Positions 35,301 through 50,916 of a DNA stretch of 64,000 bases are shown here, one piece after another. Positions within the stretch are counted from its first letter, which is position 1, and every line of letters starts with the position of its first letter. Source of the stretch: the human T2T-CHM13v2.0 reference genome, Homo sapiens; NCBI RefSeq assembly GCF_009914755.1, contig NC_060934.1; one strand, 5' to 3'. The translations under genes were made by a program, and so were the position numbers. A model generated the notes under the pieces. It saw only the letters and a list, made by a program, of their open reading frames with translations, made no database searches and was not told the origin of the DNA.

Positions 35301-36219
35301 TCTATTACCTTTAAAAGTGCTCCTTGAAGAGAAAATCCACTCTGCCGTTTCAAGCTTGACTTCCCTCCCCAGTCTTAGAGACTGATCACTGGGGCAGAGT
35401 GACATTTTCCCACAATGCTGGCTCATTATTTTCCTCCTGGAATTGCAAATCCAAGGGACAAGTGGTACAGCCTGCACCCATCCAGAAGGGGAGGGAATCC
35501 CACCAGAGGTGCCCTGAAACAAAGAAAACAAGTAACTTCAAAACCACATCCTAAAATCTGGACCTGTGACAGGACAGATGGAACTCTGGATTGTTTGATT
35601 CTATCAGCAGAACAGAGGAAGGAAATGTTTTAAAACGAGATTATGTTATTTTCCCCAGTTATTATGAAGCCTTCCTGAAATGAACTTTAAATATCGGCCA
35701 CCACTTTCATGAGGCTGAATGGGATTCAGCAATTAGGAGCGTTGCAGGGAAGTGTGGCAGGGCAGAGGTGGGACAAATTGCAGATCCCTGTGGGGTCCCT
35801 TGGTTAGGTGACAATTAGTCTATAAAACACAGCTGTGTGTGTTAGGGAGGGAGTGGTGTCTTTAAAAAGCTCTGTGCCCAATAGGAACATTAATTAAAGG
35901 GTCTTTTTTCAAAGGACATTAATAATAATGAATAAAAAGCCTTCTGCGACTTTTGCCCTCAATGAGAAAATGACTGACAACTACGTATCGTATAGAGAAG
36001 AAAAAATATCCTAGAAGTTATGAAAATTTCCCCAAAATGAAATCATACAATAATCCTTTATAATGCTGGGCTTCCTAGACAGAATTTTCCAAAGGAAGCT
36101 GTCTATATCATCCAGCCCCAAGCCCTGCTGAATAATACACGATAGCTGTGTCATTAGTGTCCTCTAGCCAAATAACTGTCCAGGCAGGATGACATGGATG
36201 TGGTCGCTTGGCCCCTCTG

Positions 36220-37050
36220 CGTGGATGTCCTCCCACACATGCCTCTCAATGCCAGGGTTCCTCAAGACCCTCTGAGAGTCAGCTCCTGTATCCAACTGCT
36301 TACCTGATATTGCCTCCAAGAAGCCTTAAAACACCTGAAATGTAAAGGTCTTCCCCAGGATCCTCCCGGTCTTCACATCCCTATAAATGGCGTCAACACC
36401 CATCCACTCATGAAGCCAGAACTTAGGATTCATCCCCAATTCTTCCCTCTCCCCCGACATCCAATTCATCAGCAGATTCCGGGGCTTCGCTCTCCCAGTG
36501 ATCTCTCCCATCTGAGGCTTTCCCTCCAGTGGTTTATTGCTTCTATCGTGGTCTAGGTGAGCATCATCTAGACTTGCCCTGGACTAGTGCAAAAGTCTCC
36601 TGAGTCTTCTCTCTTCATCTATTCTCGGGGGCCACAGCCAGACCATTCTCTACAGAGTTAAAAAGAGCGACTTCTGAAGGAGTGAACAGACCCGCATCAT
36701 TGCCCTGCTTAAGATCCTTCAGCGACTTCCCATAGCATTTAGAACACAATGCAAACTTTTCTGTAGCCTTGCAACCCCTGCTTGAATTGGTCTGGCTATT
36801 TCTCTAGCTTCTTCTCAACCCCTCTTTCCTCACCTGGTATTCCAGCAGCTTCAGGGTTTCACAGTCTTCAGACACTCTTGTGCCTTCCCACTTCTAAGCC
36901 TCTTGTGTTTTCGGTTCCCTGTGCCAGGAAAGTTCACCCACTGCTCCCCAACTTCAGAGACCACCATTTTGGATACATAGCATTGGCCTGACATTCTTTT
37001 TCTTTTAACTGTCAGACATTAGGGCTGACCTAACTGTCACTACTGGAGTT
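36220..37050 (+). mobile_element. L2 fragment
   Basis: tatccaactgcttacctga...catccaattcatcagca...ctgcttaagatccttcagcgacttcccatagc. Confidence 0.7.
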
Positions 37051-37413
37051 CAATATGGCCCCCAAAAGAGCACCCTGCCGCTGTAAGTTCTGAGCCCATT
37101 GAGAAATGAGACAAAGAATCTAGGCAGATGGAGACCAAATGCATCAGCTCTATTTCTTATAAAATTGATATTGGAGAATGTGGCATATAATACCTGCAAA
37201 CAAGTGGTTTCCTAATACCAACCCCAGATTGGATTTACCCACCCAGTCGGAGGCCATGCAGGGTCTGGGCAGACCCCCGATGTAGGGGGGTCTCAGGGCC
37301 TTAGTGCAGCCCTCCTGGCACCCCCAGCTTCCTTGTATGATTGTGCATGTTTGTCCCATCAGTCCGTGAACTTCCCAAAGCAGACACCAGGCAGAATAAA
37401 GAATACCGGGGAA

Positions 37414-37726
37414 GGCTGGGCATGGTGGCTCATGCCTAGTAATCCCAGCACTTTGGAAGGCCAAGGCGGGTGGATTGCTTGAGCTCAGGAGTCCGAGACC
37501 AGCCTGGGCAATATAGCAAGATCCTGTCTCTAGCAAAAATACAAAAAAAACTAGATGGATGTGGTGATGTGGGCCTGTGGTCCCAGCTACTCGCGAGGCC
37601 CGGGGTGGGAGGGTGGCTTGAGCCTAGCATGGAGAGGTTGCAGTGAGCTGTGATCACATCATTGCACTCCAGCCTGGGCGACAGAGCAAGACTCTGTCTC
37701 AAAAAAAAAAAAAAAAAAAAAAAAAA
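37414..37726 (+). mobile_element. Alu (AluJ)
   Basis: ggattgcttgagctcagg; long poly(A). Confidence 0.93.
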
Positions 37727-37997
37727 GAACGGAGGGAAAACATACCGTGGGAACAGGTGTTATGACTTTGAGGCATTTATTACCACATTAGGGGCGACAT
37801 ACATCGCAAATGAAATCCCAGCTAGGGTGGGACTTTAAACAAAATGTGAGCCAGCACAGAGGACACTAGCAGGGCTGCCCCAGCCATGAAAACCCCAGTT
37901 CCGGAGAGCTCTGTCTCTTCTGGGCTCAGCTAGAGGGTATAAAGAGGCCAAGGGAAGTTCTTTCCTCCTCGCAAAACAGTCACAGGGCCTTGTGTGA

Positions 37998-38185
37998 TTT
38001 TTCTTCTTCTTTCTTTCTTCTTCTTCCTCCTCCCCCTCCCCCTCCTCCTCTCCTCCTCTGCCTCCTCCTCCTTCTCCTCTCCCTCCTCCTCCTCTCCCTC
38101 CTCCTCCTTCTCCTCCTCTCCCTCCTCCTCCTTCTCCTCCTCTCCCTCCTCCTCCTTCTCCTCCTTCTCCTCCTTCTCCTTTTCC
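37998..38185 (+). repeat. Pure C/T tract with ~24-bp higher-order unit
   Basis: Minus frame reads (EEEGEEEK)n, showing 24-nt periodicity. Confidence 0.9.
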
Positions 38186-39061
38186 ATCATTCTAGAAACA
38201 GAAAAAGCGTCTGCCCATGACTTTGGGGTTAAATGGTTCAATCCATGTCACAATAGCATTGACATCCTGGTGATAGAATGGGCCCTCAGACATTAAATTC
38301 AGCTTGTTTTAAAACCAGTGCCGCTGCATTTGAAGTCTCTCTCTTCCAAAGAGATTTAAGCCACCCCCATACGATATATATGTGGTACTAATCATTGTGC
38401 AGGCATTTCTGAGAAGTGGTATAATCACTACTTAAATCCGCAATCTGTCTAACTCTGCGCCCTCTCACGCTAGCATTTACATTCTTTGCGAAGGGTGATA
38501 TTTAAGCCTGAAATACTGCCTAGAACGAGGTAGAAGGCACTTCCATGTAGGACAGGCAGCCCACGGGGGAAGCCTAACCTACCGGATTGAGGACAGCAGG
38601 AAACAGAGTTATTAAAACGTACGTCACAGCCAGATGGAACAAGCTCCGTTCCCAGGACAGAGCTCTGTTCCCTTAGCCCCGGCTCTGGCCCCGCTTCCAG
38701 GGGATCCCGGAGGCCCTGGGACTAAACAGGGAGGTGTTGCTATTTATTGCTACTGAGAAAGACTCCTTTAGAGCTCGGTGTACACACAGAAACATGTCCA
38801 CGGACCTAGGTAGGTAAATTTGTACAATAAATCCTTAAAGAATCCCCAGCACCCCACTGTGCTCCACATGCGACTTCTAAATATGCTGCGTCCTTCAGGG
38901 GCTTCTTCCTTTCCAAAGGCAGCGGTGTCTATGGCGACCTCCAACTTCAACTGTCAGTCAAGGAAGGGATGTGCCCGGGGGACTTACTTGAACCCACACT
39001 ATTTGTAGGCAGCACTCACTGCCTCTAAAACCAGATTAAAATGGTGCATTTATTGCATACC

Positions 39062-39124
39062 CCTCCTCTCTCCTCTCTCTCTCTCTCTTAGACAGATAGA
39101 CACACACACACACACACGCACACA
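39062..39124 (+). repeat. (CT)n-(CA)n microsatellite
   Basis: Direct reading. Confidence 0.85.
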
Positions 39125-39595
39125 TCCAGTGGCAGGGGTGTGGACTCCTAGCCACCTGCCCAGGCAGAGTCTGGGCTGTACACACAGTAGTTGTTTAATA
39201 GGTGTTTGCTGAGTAAATGCATTCGTGGGTGACAATGCACAGAGAAGCAGAAATGACATCCACCTCCGAACAGGAATGTGAACTTCAGTTCCCCTTTAAT
39301 TGTCAATTTGCTGTGGGAGTGGCCCCTGCCTTTCTCAGTGGGGCCCTGGAAACGTGGAGACGAGAACCTGAATGGTAGAGGATAAACACTGAGGCATGGT
39401 GGGCTAGGAAGGTGGGGAAGGTTGGATCCCAGGGCCCCAAATGTCCCCTGGCTCCAGAATGGGGTCCCTGGTAAGCCTTCTTTCATGTTCATCTCTTGCG
39501 TGGAAATCCAGAAGCTGCCTCACTTCTAGAACCGTCCGATCAGAGACCCTCTGCTTGGCGCCTCCCAGAATCACACAAGGAAAAGAATCTGCCTT

Positions 39596-40160
39596 GGGGT
39601 ATATATCCAGTAATGGGATTGCTGGGTCAACTGGTATTTCCGGTTCTTAGTCTTTGAGGAATCGCCACAGAGACATGCACACATAGGTTCACTGCAGCAC
39701 TATTCACGATAGCAAAGACATAGAATCAACCCAAATGCCCGTCAATGATAGACTAGATAAAGAAACTGTAGTACATATACACCACGGTATACTATCCAGC
39801 CATAAAAAGGAACGAGATCACGTCCTTTGCAGGGACATGGATGAAGCTAGAAGCCATCATCCTCAGCAAACCAACTCAGGAACAGGAAGCCAAACACCGC
39901 ATGTTCTCTTGTAAGTGGGAGCTGAACAATGAGAACACATGGACACAGGGAGGGGAACATCACACACTGGGGCCTGTTGGGGGAGGGCAAGGACGGGGAG
40001 AGCATTAGGGAAAACAGCTAATGCATGGCAGGCTTCATACCTAGGTGATGGGTTGACAGGTGCAGCAAACCACCATGACACACATTTACCTATGTAACAA
40101 ACCTGCACATCCTGTACATATTACTTTAAAGAAACACCCCCCCCACACCAAAAAAAAAAA
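39596..40160 (+). mobile_element. Primate L1 (L1PA/PB) 3' fragment with 5' inversion
   Basis: 39596-39669 antisense and 39670-40160 sense ORF2 end/3' UTR with poly(A); TSD aaaagaatctgcctt at 39581-39595 and 40160-40174. Confidence 0.92.
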
Positions 40161-41835
40161 AAAGAATCTGCCTTTGATATTCCAGGCCTGCCTGATTGCT
40201 GGAGAGGCACATCCTTAGTGACCATCGGGACAAGGCTGTGGGGAGGGCTGGGCCCCGAGACCCGGGAGTGGCCCTGCCTGGCCATTTGCTCAAGCAGCAC
40301 GCAAGCCGGATCTACAGCCGGTGCACCTTGTTCCTTGTTCTTCTGGGCACCGGAGGCCCACGTGAAACCTCTCAGAGGAGAGCGAAGAAGGCCACCTTTC
40401 ATCTCAATGAGCCAACAGCCTCACATCTTTAAGTCCTGCCTAATCTTACGAGTCATGAGTCATCGCTTCTTCCCCGCCAAGTCATTCAGGATTCAGTGAC
40501 TCCAGCTGCCCTCAGGATCTGACGGAATCTTGAAGGCAGAGTTCCGAGACTGCAGTCCAGGATAGAGAAGCCCCCGGCTCCATCAGGGGCTCCTCGGCTT
40601 CAAGGCAGGACCCACCCCAAAGCTCTCAAAGCGGCAGAGGCCTGTTTTCAGGTCTATTTTTAAAGATCTCTAGGGGAAGTGGTTTCTGAATGCTCTGTAG
40701 GATGAGGCTGTGAACAGTGATTGTTTCATTTGCTCGGGGCTGGCAAAAAAGGGATGTACAACCCGTTCTCACCACACCAGTGAGTTAAAAAGCACTGCAG
40801 ACTATGAATACCTTTTGCCAGTTGGACTGGTTATGGAAACCGATGGCTTCCCCTACAACTGGGGAGGCTGCCAGCCCGGGTTTCTTGGGACAGTCCCTGA
40901 ATATCTTGGTCTAGCTTCGAATGCACTTGCTTTATGAGTCACCGTTCAATTAAAATAAAAGTGGCCAAGGAAAAAGAATCGAAGGAAAAGACACGAAAAC
41001 TGTGCAGAGGATCCAAAGCAAGAATGCATTTACGTAACAGGCATGCCTTACTCTAAAATCACCAACACAAAGTCCCAATTTACAATACAGAAATTGCCTA
41101 GAATAGAGGCAATTATACTCATGGCAGAATGTGAATGATTTCATTTTACCAAGAAAACAAAGAAAGAAAATTCATCAGAAGTTTCCTTTTAGTGTCTTCT
41201 CTAATAAATTTTAAATATTACTAAACTGTCAGAAATCTGATTTACATCTGACTTTTTCCAACTCCCCTGTATGGTATAAAGTAATTCCTTCTTGGATTCT
41301 GAAGCTGGCCACCTAAGCTTGGAAAACACCAAATGCTTTTGTAATTCTAGATAATAAGAAGTGCTCGTTTGGCATGAAAGAACATGAACTATAAACACCA
41401 GCTCATCAAAGGACTTCAAACGTCTTAAAAAGGAAAGAAAACAATCCAGTCCAGGAGCCAAACATGATAACAAACCCAACTCATAGAAGGCTTCAGTCAT
41501 TAGGCACGGAGCCAACAGCGGCTGTGCTCCTGGCTTCTTCCTCTTTTGTAGCTCAACAAGTTAGAGAGGCGGGGGTTGGGTTCACCACGTTTACCATTGG
41601 GTTGATCTTATTTTTTAAAACAACTTTATGAAGTATGGTTGGCATGTTAAAAAAAAAAGCTGTATATATTTAATGTCTACATTTCAACGAGTTTGGGGAT
41701 AAAGTATACAACGGTGAAACCATTACCACCTCAAATCTATAAACACATCCATCACCTCCCAAAGATTCCTCCTGCCCTGTTTATTATTATTTGTGTGTGC
41801 ACACATCTCTGTTTGTGTTAAAAACACAGCACAAG

Positions 41836-42122
41836 GCTGGGCACAGTGGGTCATGCCTGTAATCTCAGTGCTTTGGGAGGCCGAGGTGGGAGGATCACTT
41901 GAGCTCAGGAGTTCCAGACCTGCCTGGACAACATCCTATCGCTACAAAAAAAATATGAAAATTAGCTGGGCGTGGTGGTGCACACATGTAGTCCCTGCTA
42001 CTCGGGAGGCTGAGATGGGAGGATCGCTTCAGCCCAAGAGTTTGAGACTGCAGTGAGTTATGATTGCACCACTGTACTCCAGCCTGGGCAACCAAGCAAG
42101 ACCCTGTCTCCAAAAAAGAAAG
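41836..42122 (+). mobile_element. Alu (AluJ)
   Basis: ggatcacttgagctcagg; tatgattgcaccactg. Confidence 0.93.
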
Positions 42123-42129
42123 AACACGG

Positions 42130-42486
<357 letters not shown>

Positions 42487-43989
42487 TTAGCTCTAGGAAC
42501 TATACTGTATAGTAAATCCCTAGAACTTGTTGATGTTGCATAACTGAAGCTTTGTATCATTTAACCATTGCCCCACCCCCTGGTGACCACCATTTGACAC
42601 CCTGCTTCTATGCGTTTGACTATTTTAGACTCCACAGAGAAGTGACGTCTTATTTTGATCTAATATTTAAAGTGAGGTTTAGACTTGGCATATGCAGGGG
42701 AAGAGGAGCAGAGGGTCCTTGTGGACCCCTGTTTCTAGTCACCCTCTTTCCCACATCTGGCCCAAAGCAGGATGAAAGTCCAGGGCCAAACTGTAAAGCA
42801 GATGAAGCGACCCTTAGCTTCCTCAGCCCTCCCTCCCTGGTCACTGTCTCACTCTTTCCTTCTTCCCACAGGTCCTCCCAGTCCTGTGTCCTCCTAGAAA
42901 CCAGACACTGAGGAGGAATGTGGCCATGCCTCTCTGAGTAGCAGCTGTGTCTTGCTGGTTGACCAAGCCTTCAGGATGTGGAATGCGCTCTAACTGGAAT
43001 TTCAGATGTCAGAAGGAAGGGAGGCACTGGGCAAAACCTCACCTTTTGATGGGGAAGAAAGATACAGAATGAAGTCACAATGAGGCCCAATGTGAGCCAC
43101 ATGTGAGACCAGGCCCAGAGCAGCGGGTAGATAAGCTGCTCAGGAGAAACCACTGTTCAAGGCCGTGGATCCGTCTCCTTAAACCCTTTTGATCAACTAC
43201 TTATCTAGTGGACAAGAGTGACCCCGACCGCTGCCAGCTCTCCGATGTGGCCTCAGTAGTGCTCTAGGTTGGAAGGGGGAGGGCTCTGACTCACAGAAAA
43301 GAAGTCTCCCCTCCAAAAACAATCCAGACATAGGGTCAAGGGGAGTATTTGGGGATAGAAAATGGCATCAGAAGGCATCCGACGTGGCCCCGTCTGCAGG
43401 TGTTCTGGGCTTGTGCCATGTAAACACACAGGAAGATGTCTCATCACCAGCCTTGCCTGGAGAACCAGTTCCACCTGCCCACTGCCTGCAGCTGCTTGGA
43501 GGGCAGGCCAAGGAAAAGCCTCAGTGAGACCCAATTCCTGGGCAGAAATGCCTCCCTGGACAGCCACACCAAGGCCTCTGAAATATTTTATCTTGGGTGG
43601 GGAAAGAACGAGAAACAGATGAGCTATAGGAACAATCTTTTCTATTTCCTCCTCTAGCTTGCTCACAAAGTGGTCCCCCAAGTTGCAGACCCCACAACTT
43701 AGCACTTAGGGCCTGAGCCATGTTATAGGGTCGGTCCCACCTTCGGGCCAGGGGCCAGCCGTCTGCCCTCAGCCATCCTTGGCTGCAGAATGCCCCTGTG
43801 GCAGGGAAGCCTCCCAGCCTCCCAGACAGGTGGGCAGCTGAGTTGTCAGCAGCAATGCTGCCTGTCCAAGGAGATCTGGGGGTCAGCAGTATCTGTTGCA
43901 GCGTGACACATCATAGGGCACTGCAAGTGACTTCAGGGTCAGGTTTTCTTCCAGGCAGGTGTCTGCATCTGCCACTAGCACAGGTGTTT

Positions 43990-44327
43990 CTTTCTTCCTT
44001 CCTTTTTCCTTCCCTCCCTCCCTTCCTTCCTTCCTTCCTACCTTCCTTTCAACAGAGTCTCACTCTGTTGCCCAGGCTGAAGTGCAGTGGCGCAATCTCG
44101 GCTCACTGCACTCTCCGCCTCCTGGGCTCAAGAGATTCTCCTGCCTCAGCCTTCTGAGTAGCTGGGATTACAGGTGCCTGCCACCACATCTGGCTAATAT
44201 TTGTATTTTTAGTCAAGACAGTTTTGCCATGTTGGCCAGGCTGGTCTCAAACCCCTGGGCTCAAGTGATCCACCGGCCTTGACCACTCAAAGTGCTGGGA
44301 TTACAGGCAGGAGCCACGGCACCGGCC
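43990..44327 (-). mobile_element. Alu (AluS) with (TTCC)n-type tail
   Basis: C/T tract 43990-44048, then antisense dimer. Confidence 0.93.
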
Positions 44328-44972
44328 CTTTTTCTCATTATTATGCCTGCAGGTCTGCAGTGGGGTCCCAACCTTCTGTTTCTGTCTTAGAGGGAGGTTG
44401 GATTCTCCTTGACATACTTCACTCCTTATCTTGTTGCTTTTGTGCTTACCCTTCTGAACGACAGTTTGGGGACAGGGATTTTGAAGTTAGAGCCACTTTC
44501 CTGTACCTAGTAACTTGGCAGGAAGAAATCTCAGAGAGAGATTCAGCTGGAGGCTGGCGTTGCCTTTGCTGGAGAAGCTGCGTCCTGCCTTCTCGGCTGA
44601 GATTTTGTGAAACGTCTTGTTCCAGATTTCACTCTACTTAATTAGGGCATTCTTCCTGCCATATGGAGGCCTCAAGTCTTCCAGTCACTGCTTTACATTT
44701 TGTGGAACTCTGGAAAAGGGCCAGGATCCTGAGAGCCTGGGGGTATGTCGGAGCTTTTATCCTATGATATTTCCTATCTCCTGAGGCTGCTTCATTTGTT
44801 CCAGAGAGTTTGTGAGAAATCTCGGGATTTTATGGATTAACCTTCCTTTATTGGAGTGGGGGTTTAACCTTCCTGTATATAGTCCTGCTTTATCGGAGGC
44901 GGGTGATGAAAGCGGAGTCCGGAGCTGCTTTGGGTTATGCCAGAGTCGTGTTTCTTTCTTCGACAACACTTT

Positions 44973-45365
<393 letters not shown>

Positions 45366-45915
45366 TGACCATGTTTTGCTGAATGATTTCGGCTTTGGGG
45401 AGAGAGAGAGCTGTGCTCTGGCGTTATTTACTCTTGAGAAAATACAGGCGCATGGATACAGCAGCCAGCGTTGCCTGGTAGAATGTGGGCAGCAGCAGGC
45501 TGGGGGGTTGCCTCGTGGTTCTGGAGGAGCGAGCGGCTCAGCCATCCACACAACTCCTTCACCAGCCTTTCCTCACCCGCCTGGAGATAGCCTTGGACTT
45601 CGCCCTCAGCCAGAGCCAGAAGATACAGGCCCAGGTTTCAGTGGAATTTACACTGGAGAATAAGAAGTCCCTCTATTTCTTCTAGAAGCCTCCGCCCTGA
45701 CCGCTAATCTCTCGCCGCACACTCAACCCACAGGAATGACTTCACTGGCCGTCCCCTCGGTGTGACCTTGTAAGGAACCCACATTCCCTGATTTCTCTGC
45801 CATTCCCTTCTCCAGGCACTCAGGAGTCTATCTCCTCTCAGAGAGAATCGTTTCCCAAGACAGTAACTCCTGACTTTGGCGTCTAGGGGTAGGAATATGA
45901 AAGAGTACCTTTGGG

Positions 45916-46506
<591 letters not shown>

Positions 46507-47317
46507 GAGTGAAAGAGTGCCCTCGAGTCCGTGGAAGAGCATGGTGAGGTGTGAGTGCCCCCTGCATGGGCAAAACGCTTTTCAAGCACCCTGACATCCA
46601 AAGTGGCTGACTCGGGGACAGGGGTTCCCTTGCCACCTCAACCAGAGAGCTCCCCTCAGGATGGGCACAGGCTGGGGAGAAGCATGGTAGGGTATTTCTT
46701 TGGGAGTCAACTGACAACTATGCACAGTCTTTGAAAATCGTTATTTCAAAACTCGGCCCCCTCTACAGTGTGGCATTACTGTGGCAAAACACAGCCTCCT
46801 TGTCCTGATTTGGACTTTCCACTTTCCAAGGAAGGCTCTCAGCCTCCTCCTGTGTGTGGCTGGGTAGGCGCCAGCCTTTCTGGGCACCGGGCCTCCGCTT
46901 CTAGAGGCTTATCGCGGATTCCCAAATTGGGAATGGGAGCAGAGACAGCCAAGGAAGAATTTGCTGAACAGACCTGGGGCTGTCACACTTTGGGAGCCGG
47001 AGGGAAGGCTGGAAAGGAGAGCCGCTATTTGGCAACCCCACTCCCGTCTGCCAGAGATGGAAGGAATTCCTCATCTGACTCGCTGCCGCAGGTGCTCCTG
47101 TAACAAGCTGTGGCTCCTCCACCTGCCTCCCTGGGAGCCACCCGGCTCTGCACATGTGGCATGTGTGGGGCTCAGGGCTCAGGGCTCTCAGGGAGGGCGC
47201 GTGCGGTGGGGGCTGCAGGAGGGGACACCACTGTATTCCACCGCTCCATCTCTGGCTTAAATTATAACTTTTATTTTAAGCAGCAGAATTTCTGCGTAGG
47301 AATAAGGCTTTGTCTGA

Positions 47318-48150
<833 letters not shown>

Positions 48151-48151
48151 G

Positions 48152-48874
48152 TGTCCCAGTCTGCTCTGGCTGATGTGACAAAATACCACAGAATGGGAGG
48201 CTTAAATAACAGACATTTATCTTTTCACAGTTCTGGAAGCTGAAAGTCCACGATCGAGGTGTTGGCAGATTTGGTTTCTTCTTTGTCTTGCAGGTCATCA
48301 CCTTCTCCCTGTGTCCTCACGTGGCCTTTCCTCTGTGGGCTCTGTGGATGTATACCCCTGCTGTCTCTCTGTCTGCCCCAATTTTTTTTCTCTCTCTCTC
48401 TCTTTTTAAGAGACAGGTTCTCGTTCTATCACCCGGACTGGAGTACAGTGGCACGATCATGGCTCACTGCAGATTCAATCTCTCCTGGGCACAAGTGATC
48501 CTCCCACCTCAGCCTCCTGAATAGCTGGGACTATAGGCTCATGCCACCATGCCCCTGCTAATTTTTTTATTATTTGTAGAGATGGAGTCTTGCCATGTTG
48601 CCCAGGCTGGTCTTGAACTTCTGAGCTTAAGTAATCCTCCTGCCTCAGCCTCCCAAAGTGCTGGGACTACAAGTGTGAGCCACCGTACCCAGCAAACATT
48701 TCCTCTTCTTACAAGGACACCAGTCACATTGAACAAGGGTCCGGCCTAATGACCTCAGTATAACTTGATTACCTCTGTGAAGACCCTACCTCCAAATAAA
48801 GTCACATTCTGAGGTGCTAGGGGGTTAGGACCTCAATCTATGACTTTAGGTGGGACCCAATTCAGGCCATAACA
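48152..48874 (-). mobile_element. MLT1A/B LTR, split by an Alu
   Basis: caaaataccacaga...tccaaataaagtcacattctgagg...ccataaca. Confidence 0.82.
48402..48693 (-). mobile_element. Alu (AluJ)
   Basis: atcatggctcactgcag; gatcctcccacctcagcc. Confidence 0.92.
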
Positions 48875-49543
48875 ATGAGTGAAGGTTATTTTCAAGCACA
48901 GCCTTTGCTAAAGAAGAGAAGAAACACACATTTATCCTCTAGTGATTCATCTCCCACTCTGGGGTTCATTCTCACCTCGAAGGGCCTGGGCGCAAAGTGG
49001 TACTCTGTATTGAGGGCTACCATGTGCCGGCCACTGTTCAGCACTTCGTATATATTTGCTGACATCAGTCTTTCCTCTTCTCTTACATGTCACCTCTCTT
49101 CAGCGTGTTTGAGAAAGGGCGATAGGGTATCCCACAGCCATTCCCAAGGTCCCTATCTTACCGCTCCTCCTCACACCAGCTGTTCCTCCTGCTCTGCCAG
49201 CGCCACTCTTTGCTTTGCTGTTGACCATGATCCAGGGAAACCCTGGGCTGAAGTCCCCTTAGTACCATATGCCTGCTTTTTTAGAAGGCTTTGCAGAGGG
49301 GGAGGTGGAAATAGGGCAGACCACACCTGTCTTTGTGGCCCCATCCATGACTCTGCTCTGTAAAATCATCACCTTGTTAAACAAGTTCTGTCTGTTGGGG
49401 TAATTTTGATGGCAAGTAAGAGCAAATCGAACTCAAAGTGGCTTCAATAATAAGAGGAATGTATTGGGTGACATAAATGAAAAGCCTGCAGATGGAGTGG
49501 GCTTTAGGCAAGGGTTGATCCAGCTGTTCAGCAATGCCACTAG

Positions 49544-49848
<305 letters not shown>

Positions 49849-49959
49849 ATCTTTTTTTTTTTCTAATGTGAAAATGTCTTTAATCTTTACATTTAAAAAA
49901 GTATTATTTATTGATGAAAAACTATTTTTTCATCAACTATAAGTTTTTGCTCCTTTTGC

Positions 49960-50398
49960 TTTTTAAAAAAATTTTTAATTGTATGGGTACATTGTAGGTA
50001 TATATATTTCTGGAGTACATGAGGTGTTTTTTGGTTTGTTTGCTTGTTTGTTTGAGACAGAGTCTCGCACTGTCGCCCAGGCTGGAGTGCAGAGGCGGAT
50101 CTCCGCTCACTGCAAGCTCCACCTCCCGGGTTGAAGCCATTCTCCCACCTCAGCCTCCCGAGTAGCTGGGATTACAGGAACCCGCCATCATGCCTGGCTA
50201 ATTTTTGTATTTTTGTAGAGATGGGGTTTTGCCATGTTGGCCAGGCTGGTCTTAAACTCCTGACCTCAGGTGATCAATCTGCTTGGGTCGGCCTCCCAAA
50301 GTGCTGGGACTACAGGGGTGAGCCACGGCGCCAGGCCAACATGAGGCGCTTTTGGTAGGAGGATGCAATGTGTAATAATCACATCATGGAGAGTGGGA
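49960..50398 (-). mobile_element. Short L1MA 3' end, split by an Alu
   Basis: ttttaattgtatgggtacattgtaggtatatatattt..gg.gtacatgag...atgcaatgtgtaataatcacatcatggag. Confidence 0.8.
50027..50337 (-). mobile_element. Alu (AluS)
   Basis: TSD acatgagg(t/c)g(t/c)tttt. Confidence 0.93.
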
Positions 50399-50916
50399 TA
50401 GGAACTCACCTTTCTTTCCATCTCTTGTCCCTGTTTTCCTGGTATCGGTTTCCTTCAAAGGCTCTCTTCCCTCTTTGGTTACAAGATGGCCACTAGCGCC
50501 TTGTAGATTAAGCTGGAAGAATAGCCTTTTCCCATCTGAGTCAGAAGTCCTCAGCATGCCTCTGATTCTACCATCTTTGGTCACATGTTCATCTCTAAAC
50601 CAATCAGTGTGGCTGTGGATAGAGTGGGACCACCCTGATTGGCTCAGAAAAACAATGACCCCTTTCTGGAGCTGGAGGGTGGTGGTAGAATCTCGGCCCC
50701 ACCCGGAACCGCGTGGTTGCTACAAGATTTGGGCCAGAAAGGCAGCTTGACACAGATGTCGGGGAGCTCAGCTTTGTCATCCACAACACAAGTTACTAGA
50801 TTTCGCTGGGGAGTGGAGCAAACAAAGCCTAATGACAACACGAAAGGAACATTGTATGTTTGTAAAATATGCCTTGTGCAGTGATCCGGGGGAGGGTCTT
50901 TAAGGAATACCGTTGT

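Noticed and set aside
41361-41376. gtgctcgtttggca resembling the U6 5' end
   Set aside because: Similarity stops after ~13 nt; chance match.
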